Below, in pieces: positions 44,226 through 53,102 of a stretch of 64,000 nucleotides of DNA. This DNA comes from Anaerolineae bacterium (GTDB lineage Bacteria; Chloroflexota; Anaerolineae; Fen-1058): the NCBI GenBank assembly GCA_046328575.1, contig JAXLWI010000011.1, positions 1,163 to 65,162 of the forward strand, written 5' to 3'. The notes beneath the pieces are model-generated. The model was given only the letters and a program-made list of their open reading frames with translations. It made no database searches and was not told the DNA's origin. The position numbers and the translations under genes are program-made. Positions within the stretch are counted from its first letter, which is position 1; each line of letters opens with the position of its first letter.

Positions 44226-46106
44226 ATGCGACCGATGATTGTGGCAGCGTTAATCGGTCTAATGGCGGCGATCGTCTTTGCAGTTTCCCCTACTTCAATT
44301 ACTACGCCGCGCATTGAGGCCGTTCATATTCAGTCGCAAGCTAGCATTACATCGACGCTGTATCTGCCGTTGATCTGCAATCCCCTCAACTGGCACGCCA
44401 AGACACCTCCGCTGAGTACACGCTGGACCACCTTGGTCGGCCCCGACAACGCCCTGCCCGAATACCCTCGGCCGCAGCTGGTTCGATCGGAGTGGCTGAA
44501 TCTGAATGGCGTGTGGGAGTTCGCCAGCGGCAGCGCGTACACCACGCCCCCGATCGGCCAAACGCTGCCCGAAACGATTCTCGTGCCATTCCCGGTAGAA
44601 TCGGCTTTATCGGGCATCATGCGGCATGAGTCCAGCCTGTGGTATCGACGCAAGTTCAACGTACCGGAAGCGTGGATGGGCCGACGCATCTTATTGCACT
44701 TCGGCGCAGTCGATTGGGCCACTGGCATCTACGTCAACGGCCAATATCTGGGTGCTCATCAAGGCGGTTACGACGCCTTCAGCTTCGATATCACCGCCGC
44801 GTTGCAAAACGGCGATAACGAACTGATCGTATACGTCGTCGATCCGACGGATACGCAGAACCCACCGTTGGGCAAACAACGGCTATCGCCACGCGTGATC
44901 TGGTATACGCCAGTGTCCGGCATCTGGCAGACGGTGTGGCTGGAGCCGGTGCCTGTCGCCCATATTACTGACCTCACCCTTACACCCAATATCGATCAGC
45001 CGGGCATCACTGTGACGGTCGTCGCTCAGAATGCGCCGTTCGCCAGCGCAGAAGTAACTGTCCTAAGCGGCACGCAGACCGTTGCCACCGCCACCATCTC
45101 GATCGGCGCACCCTTCACGCTGCCCATTACGACGCCGCGGTTATGGTCGCCGGACGACCCATTCTTGTACGATGTGCGTGTACGACTGATCGACGGCGGC
45201 ACAGCACTCGATCAGGTCGGCAGTTATTTGGGCCTGCGCAAGATCAGTCTGGGCACGGTCGCCAATCGACTGCGTGTGCTGCTAAACAACGAGTTCGTGT
45301 ATCAAACCGGCGTCCTCGATCATGGTTACTGGCCCGACGGCCTGTACACCGCCCCGACTGATGAAGCCCTGCGCTTCGATCTCGAACAGGCCAAAGCTCT
45401 GGGCTTTAACTTGATTCGCAAGCATATGAAAGTCGAACCGGCGCGTTGGTACTACTGGGCCGATCGGCTGGGCGTACTCGTCTGGCAGGATATGCCCGCC
45501 ATGCGCGACGACCTTACACCGACCGCCAGTCAGGTCAATCAGTTTGAAACCGAGTTGCGCCAGATGGTGCGTGAACATCGCAATGCGCCGTCGGTTGTGA
45601 TGTGGGTGATCTTCAACGAAGGTTGGGGGCAATCCAATACGAACCGTATGACCCAGGCAGTTCGCAGCGAAGATGCCAGTCGCCTGATCGACAGCGCCAG
45701 CGGTTGGGCCGATCTCTTGACTGGCGATATTATCGACACGCACCATTACGTTGAGCCAATCGCGCCAACGCCCACCATCACGCGCGCGGCAGTCACGGGT
45801 GAATTCGGCGGTGTGGGCATGATCGTCGCCGGTCATCTCTGGAATGACAAGGCCTACGCGAGTGAATGGCAACCAGCGGGGCTGGCACTGGCTAATCGGT
45901 ACGCACAACTTCTCCAGAGTGCGTCGCTTCAGCTGCAATCGCCGGGCTTAAGCGGCAGTGTTTATACTCAACTGATCGATGTTGAGAGTGAACTCAATGG
46001 CTGGCTAACGTACGATCGAGAAGTGTTGAAACCCGCGGCCAACATCGTCAAGCAAGCGAATCAAGCCATCATCGCCGCCTCGCGTCAACTCAACATGAAA
46101 CGTTGA
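44226..46106 (+). CDS. Glycoside hydrolase family 2 protein, membrane-anchored or secreted
   Basis: Start taken at the in-frame ATG 44226 (MRPMIVAALIGLMAAIVFAV). LNGVWEF, LHFGAVDWATGIYVNGQYLGAHQGGYDAFSFDIT (GH2 sugar-binding domain). TIM-barrel motifs FNLIRKHMKVEP and VMWVIFNEGWG. Confidence 0.8.
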   Translation: MRPMIVAALIGLMAAIVFAVSPTSITTPRIEAVHIQSQASITSTLYLPLICNPLNWHAKTPPLSTRWTTLVGPDNALPEYPRPQLVRSEWLNLNGVWEFASGSAYTTPPIGQTLPETILVPFPVESALSGIMRHESSLWYRRKFNVPEAWMGRRILLHFGAVDWATGIYVNGQYLGAHQGGYDAFSFDITAALQNGDNELIVYVVDPTDTQNPPLGKQRLSPRVIWYTPVSGIWQTVWLEPVPVAHITDLTLTPNIDQPGITVTVVAQNAPFASAEVTVLSGTQTVATATISIGAPFTLPITTPRLWSPDDPFLYDVRVRLIDGGTALDQVGSYLGLRKISLGTVANRLRVLLNNEFVYQTGVLDHGYWPDGLYTAPTDEALRFDLEQAKALGFNLIRKHMKVEPARWYYWADRLGVLVWQDMPAMRDDLTPTASQVNQFETELRQMVREHRNAPSVVMWVIFNEGWGQSNTNRMTQAVRSEDASRLIDSASGWADLLTGDIIDTHHYVEPIAPTPTITRAAVTGEFGGVGMIVAGHLWNDKAYASEWQPAGLALANRYAQLLQSASLQLQSPGLSGSVYTQLIDVESELNGWLTYDREVLKPAANIVKQANQAIIAASRQLNMKR

Positions 46107-46108
46107 GG

Positions 46109-46138
46109 TTTGACGCCATATCGGCGGCATGTTACAAT
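46109..46138 (+). promoter_or_regulatory. Sigma70-type promoter of tRNA-Arg
   Basis: TTGACG (46109-46114), 18-nt spacer, TACAAT (46133-46138), about 28 nt upstream of the mature tRNA 5' end. Confidence 0.55.
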
Positions 46139-46166
46139 GCGTTCCGTTAACGCTAAGTATGATTGC

Positions 46167-46239
46167 GCCCTCGTAGCTCAATGGATAGAGCGCCTGACTT
46201 CGGATCAGATGGTTGTGGGTTCGACTCCCGCCGAGGGCA
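46167..46239 (+). tRNA. tRNA-Arg (anticodon UCG)
   Basis: Folded by hand. Acceptor gccctcg/cgagggc, D arm gctc-aatggata-gagc, anticodon arm cctga-cTTCGga-tcaga (anticodon TCG, G37), 5-nt variable loop, T arm gtggg-ttcgact-cccgc, discriminator A. 73 nt, CCA not encoded. Confidence 0.9.
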
Positions 46240-46246
46240 AACATAA

Positions 46247-46289
46247 GCCGCCCGATTGGATATGAGACCAATCGGGCGGCGATTTTCTT
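46247..46289. terminator. Bidirectional terminator (tRNA-Arg / FAH gene)
   Basis: 13-bp stem gccgcccgattgg / ccaatcgggcggc, followed by gattttctt on the plus strand and ttatgtttg on the minus strand. Confidence 0.7.
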
Positions 46290-46297
46290 GGGAGCGA

Positions 46298-47110
46298 TCA
46301 CGCCGCCACTTCGTTTTCGAGGGTTAGGGTTCCTACCGAGATCGTGACTCGATCGCCGATGGACAGCGTAAAATCGGCTGGAAAAACCACGGGCGAACCC
46401 ATCAGCAGAAAAACACCGTGCGGGAAATCCAGTTCGCGCGTCAAATATGCAATTAAATCTTCGGTCGAGCGATTCAGCTGCGCTATTGTGGCTGAAGCCC
46501 TAAACGCGGAGCGACCACCGCGTGTAACTTCGATCGAAATCGGCAATTCGCGCAGCTGTTCACTGCTACTCAGTTCAAGCCCGGGTCCAATCGCACACGC
46601 GCCGTTGTACAGACGGGCCTGTGACACATACAACGGATTCTCACTCTCCAACGAACGCGCGCTCACATCGCCGCCAGCCGTGTATCCGATTACTTCGTGA
46701 TGACGGTTTATTACCACCGCCAATTCGGGCCAGCTGATGTTCCAGGCGCTGTCATCGCGCACGCGCACCGGGGCGTGATGTCCGACTACTCGCCAGCCAG
46801 GCGCTTTGAAATACAACGCCGGCCGTTCAGCGGCATAGACGCGCTCGGTTGGCACATTGGCTGCTGTGCTGCGCCGCTGTTCGCGTTTGCGCGCTTCAAG
46901 CGGCAGACAGCCCCACACCTCGTGCACAGGCTCAAGCGGCGGCAGCAGCACACCGATGGCTTTCTCGTTAGTCACGCTGCTATTAAGAAATTCGCGCACA
47001 CTTTCGGCATGTAAAGCCAGCAGCAAACGCAGATCAAACGTGTCGGGCAAAAAATGTCCATCAACCGCCCAACGTGGACCACGATCGGTGTGATGACGAG
47101 TGAGGTACAC
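46298..47110 (-). CDS. Fumarylacetoacetate hydrolase-family protein, 2-keto-3-deoxy-pentonate dehydratase (KdaD/XylX)-like
   Basis: GTG start with AAGGAG upstream. WPELAVVI...IGYTAGGDVSARSLESENPLYVSQARLYNGACAIGP matches the FAH metal-site region and my recollection of Sulfolobus KdaD. Confidence 0.65.
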   Translation of the reverse strand: MYLTRHHTDRGPRWAVDGHFLPDTFDLRLLLALHAESVREFLNSSVTNEKAIGVLLPPLEPVHEVWGCLPLEARKREQRRSTAANVPTERVYAAERPALYFKAPGWRVVGHHAPVRVRDDSAWNISWPELAVVINRHHEVIGYTAGGDVSARSLESENPLYVSQARLYNGACAIGPGLELSSSEQLRELPISIEVTRGGRSAFRASATIAQLNRSTEDLIAYLTRELDFPHGVFLLMGSPVVFPADFTLSIGDRVTISVGTLTLENEVAA

Positions 47111-47128
47111 AGCACTCCTTGCTGCGGT

Positions 47129-47860
47129 TTAGCCGCCAGAGTGGGCGTAATGATCTTGATAACGACACGTGTCACGCAAGGCACAGAAGTCGCAGGTGCG
47201 ACCTGCTTCGAAGGGCTGCGCGCTAAGACCTAGAATCATCGAAGCCGATTTATGCGGAACCATCATCGATGCGTCGTTCAACGTGATGCCGATCGCATCG
47301 GCATCAACGACGCTGAAGATCTGCGGCTGCCCCACATCGACCGGCCAACCGATAATGCCCGGGCTGAGTGGGACGCTGGCATATCGGCCAGCCGGACGCG
47401 CTTCAGCTTCGAGGTGCGCACACAGCGTCTCGCCCAATATCTCGACAGCCGCCGAGCCAAAACCATCCAGCGCCAGCCCCAACATCGGATCGCTGCTCAT
47501 CATTTCAGAAACGCGCTGCTCCAACGCCGGGCCGATCGTGTAAACAATCAGGGTGATTTGCTGAGCGGGTGCTAAGTGCCGAGCTAACGGACCACCCGTC
47601 AGCTGATGGCCGCCCGCAAGCGTCAACCGCTCATGTCGAACCGTGTCAACATCCAAGGTGCAATATGCAGCAACCGGTGTGATCAGGCTATTTCCTAATT
47701 CAACAGCGCGTTCAGCTGCAGACACCAAGCGTGGTCGACGTTGGCGGACAACAGCTGGATCGGCCCCCTGCCCGCGCAGAACCGAATCGACGTCAATGTT
47801 CAACGGCAAGTCGGTCGCGACGTGAGTCTGAAAAGTCGAATCGTTCGCTGTAAAGAACAT
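47129..47860 (-). CDS. Stand-alone methionine-synthase activation-domain-like protein (Met_synt_B12-like) with C-terminal Cys motif
   Basis: LRGQGADP, LGLALDGFGSAAVE, SPGIIGWPV, MMVPHKSASMILGLS. C-terminal CDFCALRDTC. TATAAT on the minus strand at 47894-47889. The family call is tentative. Confidence 0.4.
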   Translation of the reverse strand: MFFTANDSTFQTHVATDLPLNIDVDSVLRGQGADPAVVRQRRPRLVSAAERAVELGNSLITPVAAYCTLDVDTVRHERLTLAGGHQLTGGPLARHLAPAQQITLIVYTIGPALEQRVSEMMSSDPMLGLALDGFGSAAVEILGETLCAHLEAEARPAGRYASVPLSPGIIGWPVDVGQPQIFSVVDADAIGITLNDASMMVPHKSASMILGLSAQPFEAGRTCDFCALRDTCRYQDHYAHSGG

Positions 47861-47900
47861 CCATAACCCCGCACAGTCAGTTGTCCCGATTATAACTCAC

Positions 47901-47939
47901 AGAAACAAAAACAGGCACATCTGACCAATGTGCCTGTTT
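47901..47939 (-). terminator. Intrinsic terminator of the xylF-G-H transporter operon
   Basis: 11-bp stem aaacaggcaca / tgtgcctgttt. On the minus strand it is followed by tttttgtttct. Confidence 0.75.
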
Positions 47940-47956
47940 GATCGAATTGAAACGCG

Positions 47957-49132
47957 CTAACTCTTATCTTTCTTGAAGGACATGTCGAGGAGCACAGCCA
48001 ACACCAGCACCGCGCCCTGCACCACATACGTGGTGGCCGGTGGCGCATTCAACATTTGCAGACCAGTCTTTAGACTCGCCATGATCAAACCACCGATCAT
48101 CGCACCCGGAATGGTGCCGACACCGCCCAGCGTGGATGTTCCACCGAGGATGGCGCTGGCGATCACGTCCAACTCATAGCCGCCACCCGCCCCGATCGTG
48201 CCGTATCCGACATAGGAAGCCAACACGATACCCGCCAGTCCGGAGAGGAAACCCATCAAGGTAAAGATCAGGAACAATTGGCGACGGATGTTAATACCCG
48301 ACAAGCGTGCGGCTTCACGGTTGCCACCGATTGCATACGCGTATCGACCGAAGCGTGTGTTGTTAGAAACATACGTCATAATCAACGCGACGAACCCCAA
48401 CAATAAGACTGGATACGGAATGCCAGGCGCAACTTTATACGAATTGACCACCGCGACATAGATGACTAACAGCGCCGCGTAAAACACCGTCTTTGCAACA
48501 TCCAAAGTTAGCGACGGTAGCGGGAAGCCATATTTTTGCTTGTTAGCCCGACCTCTAAACATCGTTAAGAACAAGACGGCAATGATCACCACCGTCAAGA
48601 TCCATCCTAACACATCGGGCAAGTAGCCCTGACCAATTTCAGAGAAGACGGGCTGATTGGCGGGAATCGTCTTGCCCTCTGTTTGCAGTAGCGTCAGGCC
48701 CTGCAAAATGAACATACTGCCTAACGTCACGATGAACGCCGGCACTCGCAAGTAAGCGGAGATATAGCCTTGAGCCGCTCCCCAGGCCGTGCCCACGACC
48801 AGACCGATGACGACCGACGCTAAGGCTGCGGCCGCTGGCTGATCGGGAAAGGTGGTATTCCAGCGATTCGCTTGAAAAAACGCCACCACCACCGATACGA
48901 AGCCGGCCAATCGACCCACCGACAGGTCGATGCCGCCTGTAACGATGATCAACACCATGCCGGCGGCCATCAGCGACGTCACCGACATTTGCCGGAATAG
49001 ATTCGAAATATTCTGCGGCGATACATAGCCGCCGTTGGTGGCGATCGTAAAGACCACCCAGATTAATACTAATGCGATAATGATGGTATACGTCTGAATG
49101 TTTCTGCGAAATGCCTGGGCGAAGTTATTCAT
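47957..49132 (-). CDS. xylH: Sugar (xylose-type, CUT2) ABC transporter permease
   Basis: About 390 aa with at least 10 hydrophobic helices. Its size and position after xylG fit XylH. ATG at 49132 with AAGGTG upstream; the track start at 49141 is a GTG. Confidence 0.8.
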   Translation of the reverse strand: MNNFAQAFRRNIQTYTIIIALVLIWVVFTIATNGGYVSPQNISNLFRQMSVTSLMAAGMVLIIVTGGIDLSVGRLAGFVSVVVAFFQANRWNTTFPDQPAAAALASVVIGLVVGTAWGAAQGYISAYLRVPAFIVTLGSMFILQGLTLLQTEGKTIPANQPVFSEIGQGYLPDVLGWILTVVIIAVLFLTMFRGRANKQKYGFPLPSLTLDVAKTVFYAALLVIYVAVVNSYKVAPGIPYPVLLLGFVALIMTYVSNNTRFGRYAYAIGGNREAARLSGINIRRQLFLIFTLMGFLSGLAGIVLASYVGYGTIGAGGGYELDVIASAILGGTSTLGGVGTIPGAMIGGLIMASLKTGLQMLNAPPATTYVVQGAVLVLAVLLDMSFKKDKS

Positions 49133-49172
49133 GCTGAGCACCTTGTCTGGATCAATGTTGACAGCAATTAGG

Positions 49173-50690
49173 TCAGGCGATACCGGTCGCCAGCGCCATG
49201 ATCTTCTCCTGCGTTGCCTCGGACGTCTTTAGCGTGCCATTCGATCGCCCTTGGCACATCACCATGATGCGGTCGCTCATGCCGATGACCTCTTCCAGTT
49301 CGCTGGAGATCATGATGATGGCAATCCCTTGCTCGGCTAATTGATTCATCAATTTGTAAATCTCGTACTTCGCCCCCACGTCCACCCCACGCGTAGGGTC
49401 GTCCATAATCAGCACCTTGGGACCAGATAGCAGCCATTTGGAAATGACTACTTTCTGCTGGTTGCCACCCGACAGCGACTCGACCGGCACATACAGGTTA
49501 GGCGCTTTTACGGCTAATTCGTTTGCTATCCTTAAACTCGCCACCACTTCTGCATTCTGATTGATTCGCATGAAAGCCGAAAATCGATCAAGATTGGGCA
49601 ACGAGATATTCTTCAAAATGGTTTGAATCAACACCAGACCATGCCGCTTACGATCTTCCGGCACCAGGCTAATGCCATGCTCCATTGCACTATGGCTGTT
49701 GGCGATCTTGATCTCTTGCCCGGCCAATTTAATCGAGCCTTGCGTGATCTTGGCGTATTCACCAAAGATCGTCATCACCAGTTCAGTGCGTCCAGACCCC
49801 ATCAATCCCGCGATGCCTAAAATTTCGCCTTTGCGAAGATCGAACGAGACGCCCTTCAACACCTCTCGATCGGCCCGCTCAGCCCTCAGTCCCGCGACCT
49901 CAAAAATCACTTCACCTGGCTGGCGATTGCCTTTGGGGAAGCGTTCCTTCATTTCACGCCCGACCATGTAGCTCACCAATTTCTCAGGCGTCAAATCTTT
50001 GGTAGCCTGCGTTGTGACAACTTTGCCATCACGCAGCACCGTAATATGATCGGAGATGCGGAAAAACTCATTCATTTTGTGGGTAATGTAAATGCACGTC
50101 ACGCCGAGACCCTTCAACGTGTGTAGAATCTCCATTAATTTATCGATCTCGGCTTCCGACAACGCACTGGTCGGCTCGTCCAAAATCAAGACTTTGGCAT
50201 CTTCCGACAAAGCCTTGGCTATTTCCGTCATCTGCATCTTGCCGACGCCCAGATCTTTGACCACATCGTGCGGATGCACATCCAACTTGTAGCGATCCAA
50301 AATCGCCTGGGTGTTGGAATATAGCTTGTCCCAATTCACCGAACCACGCTCGACCGGTTCCCGGCCCAAAAAGATATTCTCACCCACCGTCATATTCGGC
50401 ACCAGGGTTAATTCCTGGTAAACGATAGCAATGCCTTGCTCTGAAGCCTGATGAATTGCGCGTGCACCAAGCTTAAGTTCCTGTCCGTCATAGATAACGC
50501 TCCCTTCGTACGTGCCGAAGGGGTAAACGCCCGACAGGATCTTCATCAGCGTCGATTTACCTGCGCCATTTTCACCACACAACCCGTGAATCTCGCCGCG
50601 TTTCACTTGAAAGCTAACATCACTGAGGGCTCTGACACCGGGGAAAGTCTTGGTTACGTTCTTGAACTCCAGGATGACGTCGTCACTCAT
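49173..50690 (-). CDS. xylG: Sugar (xylose-type, CUT2) ABC transporter ATP-binding protein with duplicated NBD
   Basis: NBD1 has GENGAGKST, ILDEPT, ITHK. NBD2 has LSGGNQQKV, LIMDDPTRGVD. About 505 aa. Start preferred at the ATG at 50690 (MSDDVILEFKNV). Confidence 0.88.
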   Translation of the reverse strand: MSDDVILEFKNVTKTFPGVRALSDVSFQVKRGEIHGLCGENGAGKSTLMKILSGVYPFGTYEGSVIYDGQELKLGARAIHQASEQGIAIVYQELTLVPNMTVGENIFLGREPVERGSVNWDKLYSNTQAILDRYKLDVHPHDVVKDLGVGKMQMTEIAKALSEDAKVLILDEPTSALSEAEIDKLMEILHTLKGLGVTCIYITHKMNEFFRISDHITVLRDGKVVTTQATKDLTPEKLVSYMVGREMKERFPKGNRQPGEVIFEVAGLRAERADREVLKGVSFDLRKGEILGIAGLMGSGRTELVMTIFGEYAKITQGSIKLAGQEIKIANSHSAMEHGISLVPEDRKRHGLVLIQTILKNISLPNLDRFSAFMRINQNAEVVASLRIANELAVKAPNLYVPVESLSGGNQQKVVISKWLLSGPKVLIMDDPTRGVDVGAKYEIYKLMNQLAEQGIAIIMISSELEEVIGMSDRIMVMCQGRSNGTLKTSEATQEKIMALATGIA

Positions 50691-50717
50691 AGTGCCTTCC
50701 ATCCAGTCAGTGGAATC

Positions 50718-50758
50718 GTCTTCCGCGTCCGGCGGTTGATGCTCCGGACGCGGAAGAC
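50718..50758 (-). other. Intercistronic stem-loop between the binding-protein gene and xylG
   Basis: Perfect 15-bp stem gtcttccgcgtccgg / ccggacgcggaagac with an 11-nt loop and no U-tract. Confidence 0.55.
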
Positions 50759-50805
50759 AAACTTGCTTTAGGTTACCACAAAGCCACTACAGAAGCAAAG
50801 CCTGT

Positions 50806-53040
50806 TTACGGCTTGGGCGGCTTCTGCGCATCGGGGATGTCGCGATAGACATCGTCATACTTCTGGAAACCGCTCTTCACCACGAGATCGAAGACGTTGT
50901 CCTTGTTGACTTGCTGCACTTCCAAGAACTGCGCCTTCACGTTGCCCTGATACTTGGTGTCATTGGTCAGTTCGGCCAGCGTGTAGTCCTTCAGCTCCGG
51001 AATCTGCGCGCCAGTGACCAGCTTATCCATCAGATCAGTCGCGATCGGGGCCAGATTGCGGATGTCCTTGAGGATCGACACCGTCAACTCACCCTTGACG
51101 ATACTGTTGCAGCCGTCCGCCGTCGCGTCTTGACCCGAGATTGGCACCTTGCCCGCCAAACCCTGCGCCTTCAGCGCTTGCAGCGCGCCCAGCGCCGTGC
51201 CGTCGTTCGAGGCGACCACCGCATCGATCTGGTTCTTCTGCGCCGTCAGGATGTTCTCCATCAACTTCAGCGCGTTCGCCGCATCCCAGTTGTCCACCCA
51301 CTGGTCCGCCACGACCTTGATGATGCCCTTGTCCACGTACGGCTGCACGATCTCATCCTGACCCTTGCGGAACAGAATGGCGTTGTTGTCCGTCGGGCTG
51401 CCGCCCAACTTCACCAACTTCAGCGGATTGTCCTTCGTCCACTTGCCGCCTTCGATGTCCACGGCCTTCATCACGCCCAACGCTTGCTGCCGGCCCACTT
51501 CCACGTTGTTGAACGATAGATAAGCCGCAATGCCCGTCGACTTGATCAGGCGGTCATAGGCGATGACCTTCACGCCCGCCTTGCCGGCCTTGTCCACGGC
51601 GGTCGCCGCGGCGTCGCCGTCTTCCGCCACGATGATCAGGCCTGCGGCGCCTTGCGCGACCATGTTGTCGATCTGGTCGTTTTGCAGCTTGACGTCGTGA
51701 TTGGCTTCCTGTACCAAGACCTTGTAGCCCTTGGCCTCTAGCAATTGCTTCATCAGATCGGATTCGGGCTTCCAGCGCTCGGTCGCAAAGTCCGACATCG
51801 AAATGCCGATGATCTTGCCCGCGCCCGTTTGACCACCGCTCGACGCACCACCCGGCAGTGCACCGGTATTGGGATCGGGCTTCTGATCGGCGGGGATGTC
51901 GCGATAAACAGCGTCATACGGCTGGAACTTGCTCTTCACCACGAGATCGAAGACGTTGTCCTTGTTGACTTGCTGCACTTCCAAGAACTGCGCCTTCACA
52001 CTGCCCTGATACTTCTTGTCGTTGGTCAGTTCGGCCAGCGTGTAGTCCTTCAATTCAGGGACGGTTGTGCCCTTGACCAGCTTATCCATCAGATCGGTCG
52101 CGATCGGGGCCAGGTTACGGATGTCCTTGAGGATCGACACCGTCAACTCACCCTTGACGATACTGTTGCAGCCGTCCGCCGTCGCGTCTTGACCCGAGAT
52201 TGGCACCTTGCCCGCCAAACCCTGCGCCTTCAGCGCTTGCAGCGCGCCCAGCGCCGTGCCGTCGTTCGAGGCGACCACCGCATCGATCTGGTTCTTCTGC
52301 GCCGTCAGGATGTTCTCCATCAACTTCAGCGCGTTCGCCGCATCCCAGTTGTCCACCCACTGGTCCGCCACCACTTTGATGATGCCCTGGTCCACGTACG
52401 GCTGCACGATCTCATCCTGACCCTTGCGGAACAGAATGGCGTTGTTGTCCGTCGGGCTGCCGCCCAACTTCACCAACTTCAGCGGATTGTCCTTCGTCCA
52501 CTTGCCGCCTTCGATGTCCACGGCCTTCATTACGCCCAACGCTTGCTGCCGGCCCACTTCCACGTTGTTGAACGATAGATAAGCCGCAATGCCCGTCGAC
52601 TTGATCAGGCGGTCATAGGCGATGACCTTCACGCCCGCCTTGCCGGCCTTGTCCACGGCGGTCGCCGCGGCGTCGCCGTCTTCCGCCACGATGATCAGGC
52701 CTTTGACGCCCTGCGCGACCATGTTATCGATCTGGTCGTTTTGCAGCTTGACGTCATGGTTGGCCTCTTGCACCAGAACTTCGTAACCCTTATCTTCAAG
52801 CAACTTCTTCATCAGATCGGATTCGGGCTTCCAGCGCTCGGTCGCAAAGTCCGACATCGAAATGCCGATCTTGTCCTTGCCGCCAGCGGGCTGCGCCGGT
52901 TGCGCGGGTTGCGCGGGCTGCGCGGGCTGCGCCGGCGCCTGAGTTGGAGCCGCGGCTTGCGGCGCGCACGCTGCCAGGAAAATGCCCAATACGGCGAGCA
53001 GTGAAACGAACTTCAGCGAGCGATTCTTACTGCGATTCAT
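50806..53040 (-). CDS. xylF: Lipoprotein with two tandem XylF-like periplasmic sugar-binding domains
   Basis: Lipobox LAAC followed by a (PAQ)5 linker. Two domains of about 345 aa (KIGISMSDFATERWKPESDLMK...VYRDIP) are joined by a Gly/Ser/Pro linker. AGGAGG RBS. Confidence 0.85.
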   Translation of the reverse strand: MNRSKNRSLKFVSLLAVLGIFLAACAPQAAAPTQAPAQPAQPAQPAQPAQPAGGKDKIGISMSDFATERWKPESDLMKKLLEDKGYEVLVQEANHDVKLQNDQIDNMVAQGVKGLIIVAEDGDAAATAVDKAGKAGVKVIAYDRLIKSTGIAAYLSFNNVEVGRQQALGVMKAVDIEGGKWTKDNPLKLVKLGGSPTDNNAILFRKGQDEIVQPYVDQGIIKVVADQWVDNWDAANALKLMENILTAQKNQIDAVVASNDGTALGALQALKAQGLAGKVPISGQDATADGCNSIVKGELTVSILKDIRNLAPIATDLMDKLVKGTTVPELKDYTLAELTNDKKYQGSVKAQFLEVQQVNKDNVFDLVVKSKFQPYDAVYRDIPADQKPDPNTGALPGGASSGGQTGAGKIIGISMSDFATERWKPESDLMKQLLEAKGYKVLVQEANHDVKLQNDQIDNMVAQGAAGLIIVAEDGDAAATAVDKAGKAGVKVIAYDRLIKSTGIAAYLSFNNVEVGRQQALGVMKAVDIEGGKWTKDNPLKLVKLGGSPTDNNAILFRKGQDEIVQPYVDKGIIKVVADQWVDNWDAANALKLMENILTAQKNQIDAVVASNDGTALGALQALKAQGLAGKVPISGQDATADGCNSIVKGELTVSILKDIRNLAPIATDLMDKLVTGAQIPELKDYTLAELTNDTKYQGNVKAQFLEVQQVNKDNVFDLVVKSGFQKYDDVYRDIPDAQKPPKP
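50833..52869. repeat. Tandem in-frame duplication, two 978-bp copies offset by 1059 bp
   Basis: Copy A is 50833-51810 and copy B is 51892-52869. The cores 51061-51652 and 52120-52711 differ at about four positions by eye. The flanks are clearly more diverged. Identical antisense ORFs at 51089-51301 and 52148-52360 confirm the offset. Confidence 0.9.
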
Positions 53041-53102
53041 TACTTTCCTCCTGAGTCAAATTAGGTGGTATGGTTTGAATCGAGACAACTTGCCAAGTAC
53101 GT

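Noticed and set aside
46167-47110. Genomic island integrated at tRNA-Arg, carrying the pentose locus
   Set aside because: No integrase, no direct repeat of the tRNA 3' end and no compositional break were seen downstream of the tRNA. The hairpin at 46247-46289 is an ordinary bidirectional terminator.
51089-52420. Pairs of identical 70-aa ORFs (51089-51301/52148-52360 and 51149-51361/52208-52420) and long plus-strand ORFs 50911-51519 and 51745-52578
   Set aside because: They are antisense or off-frame shadows of the duplicated binding-protein gene. Their identity only reflects the 1059-bp tandem duplication. Their composition (Arg/Leu/His runs) is typical of non-coding frames in GC-rich DNA.
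52888-52935. Short periodic DNA repeat (ggctgcgcg-type 9-mers) that could look like a micro-array or VNTR
   Set aside because: It is in-frame coding sequence for the (PAQ)5 linker after the lipobox of the binding protein. It has no spacers or CRISPR-like structure.
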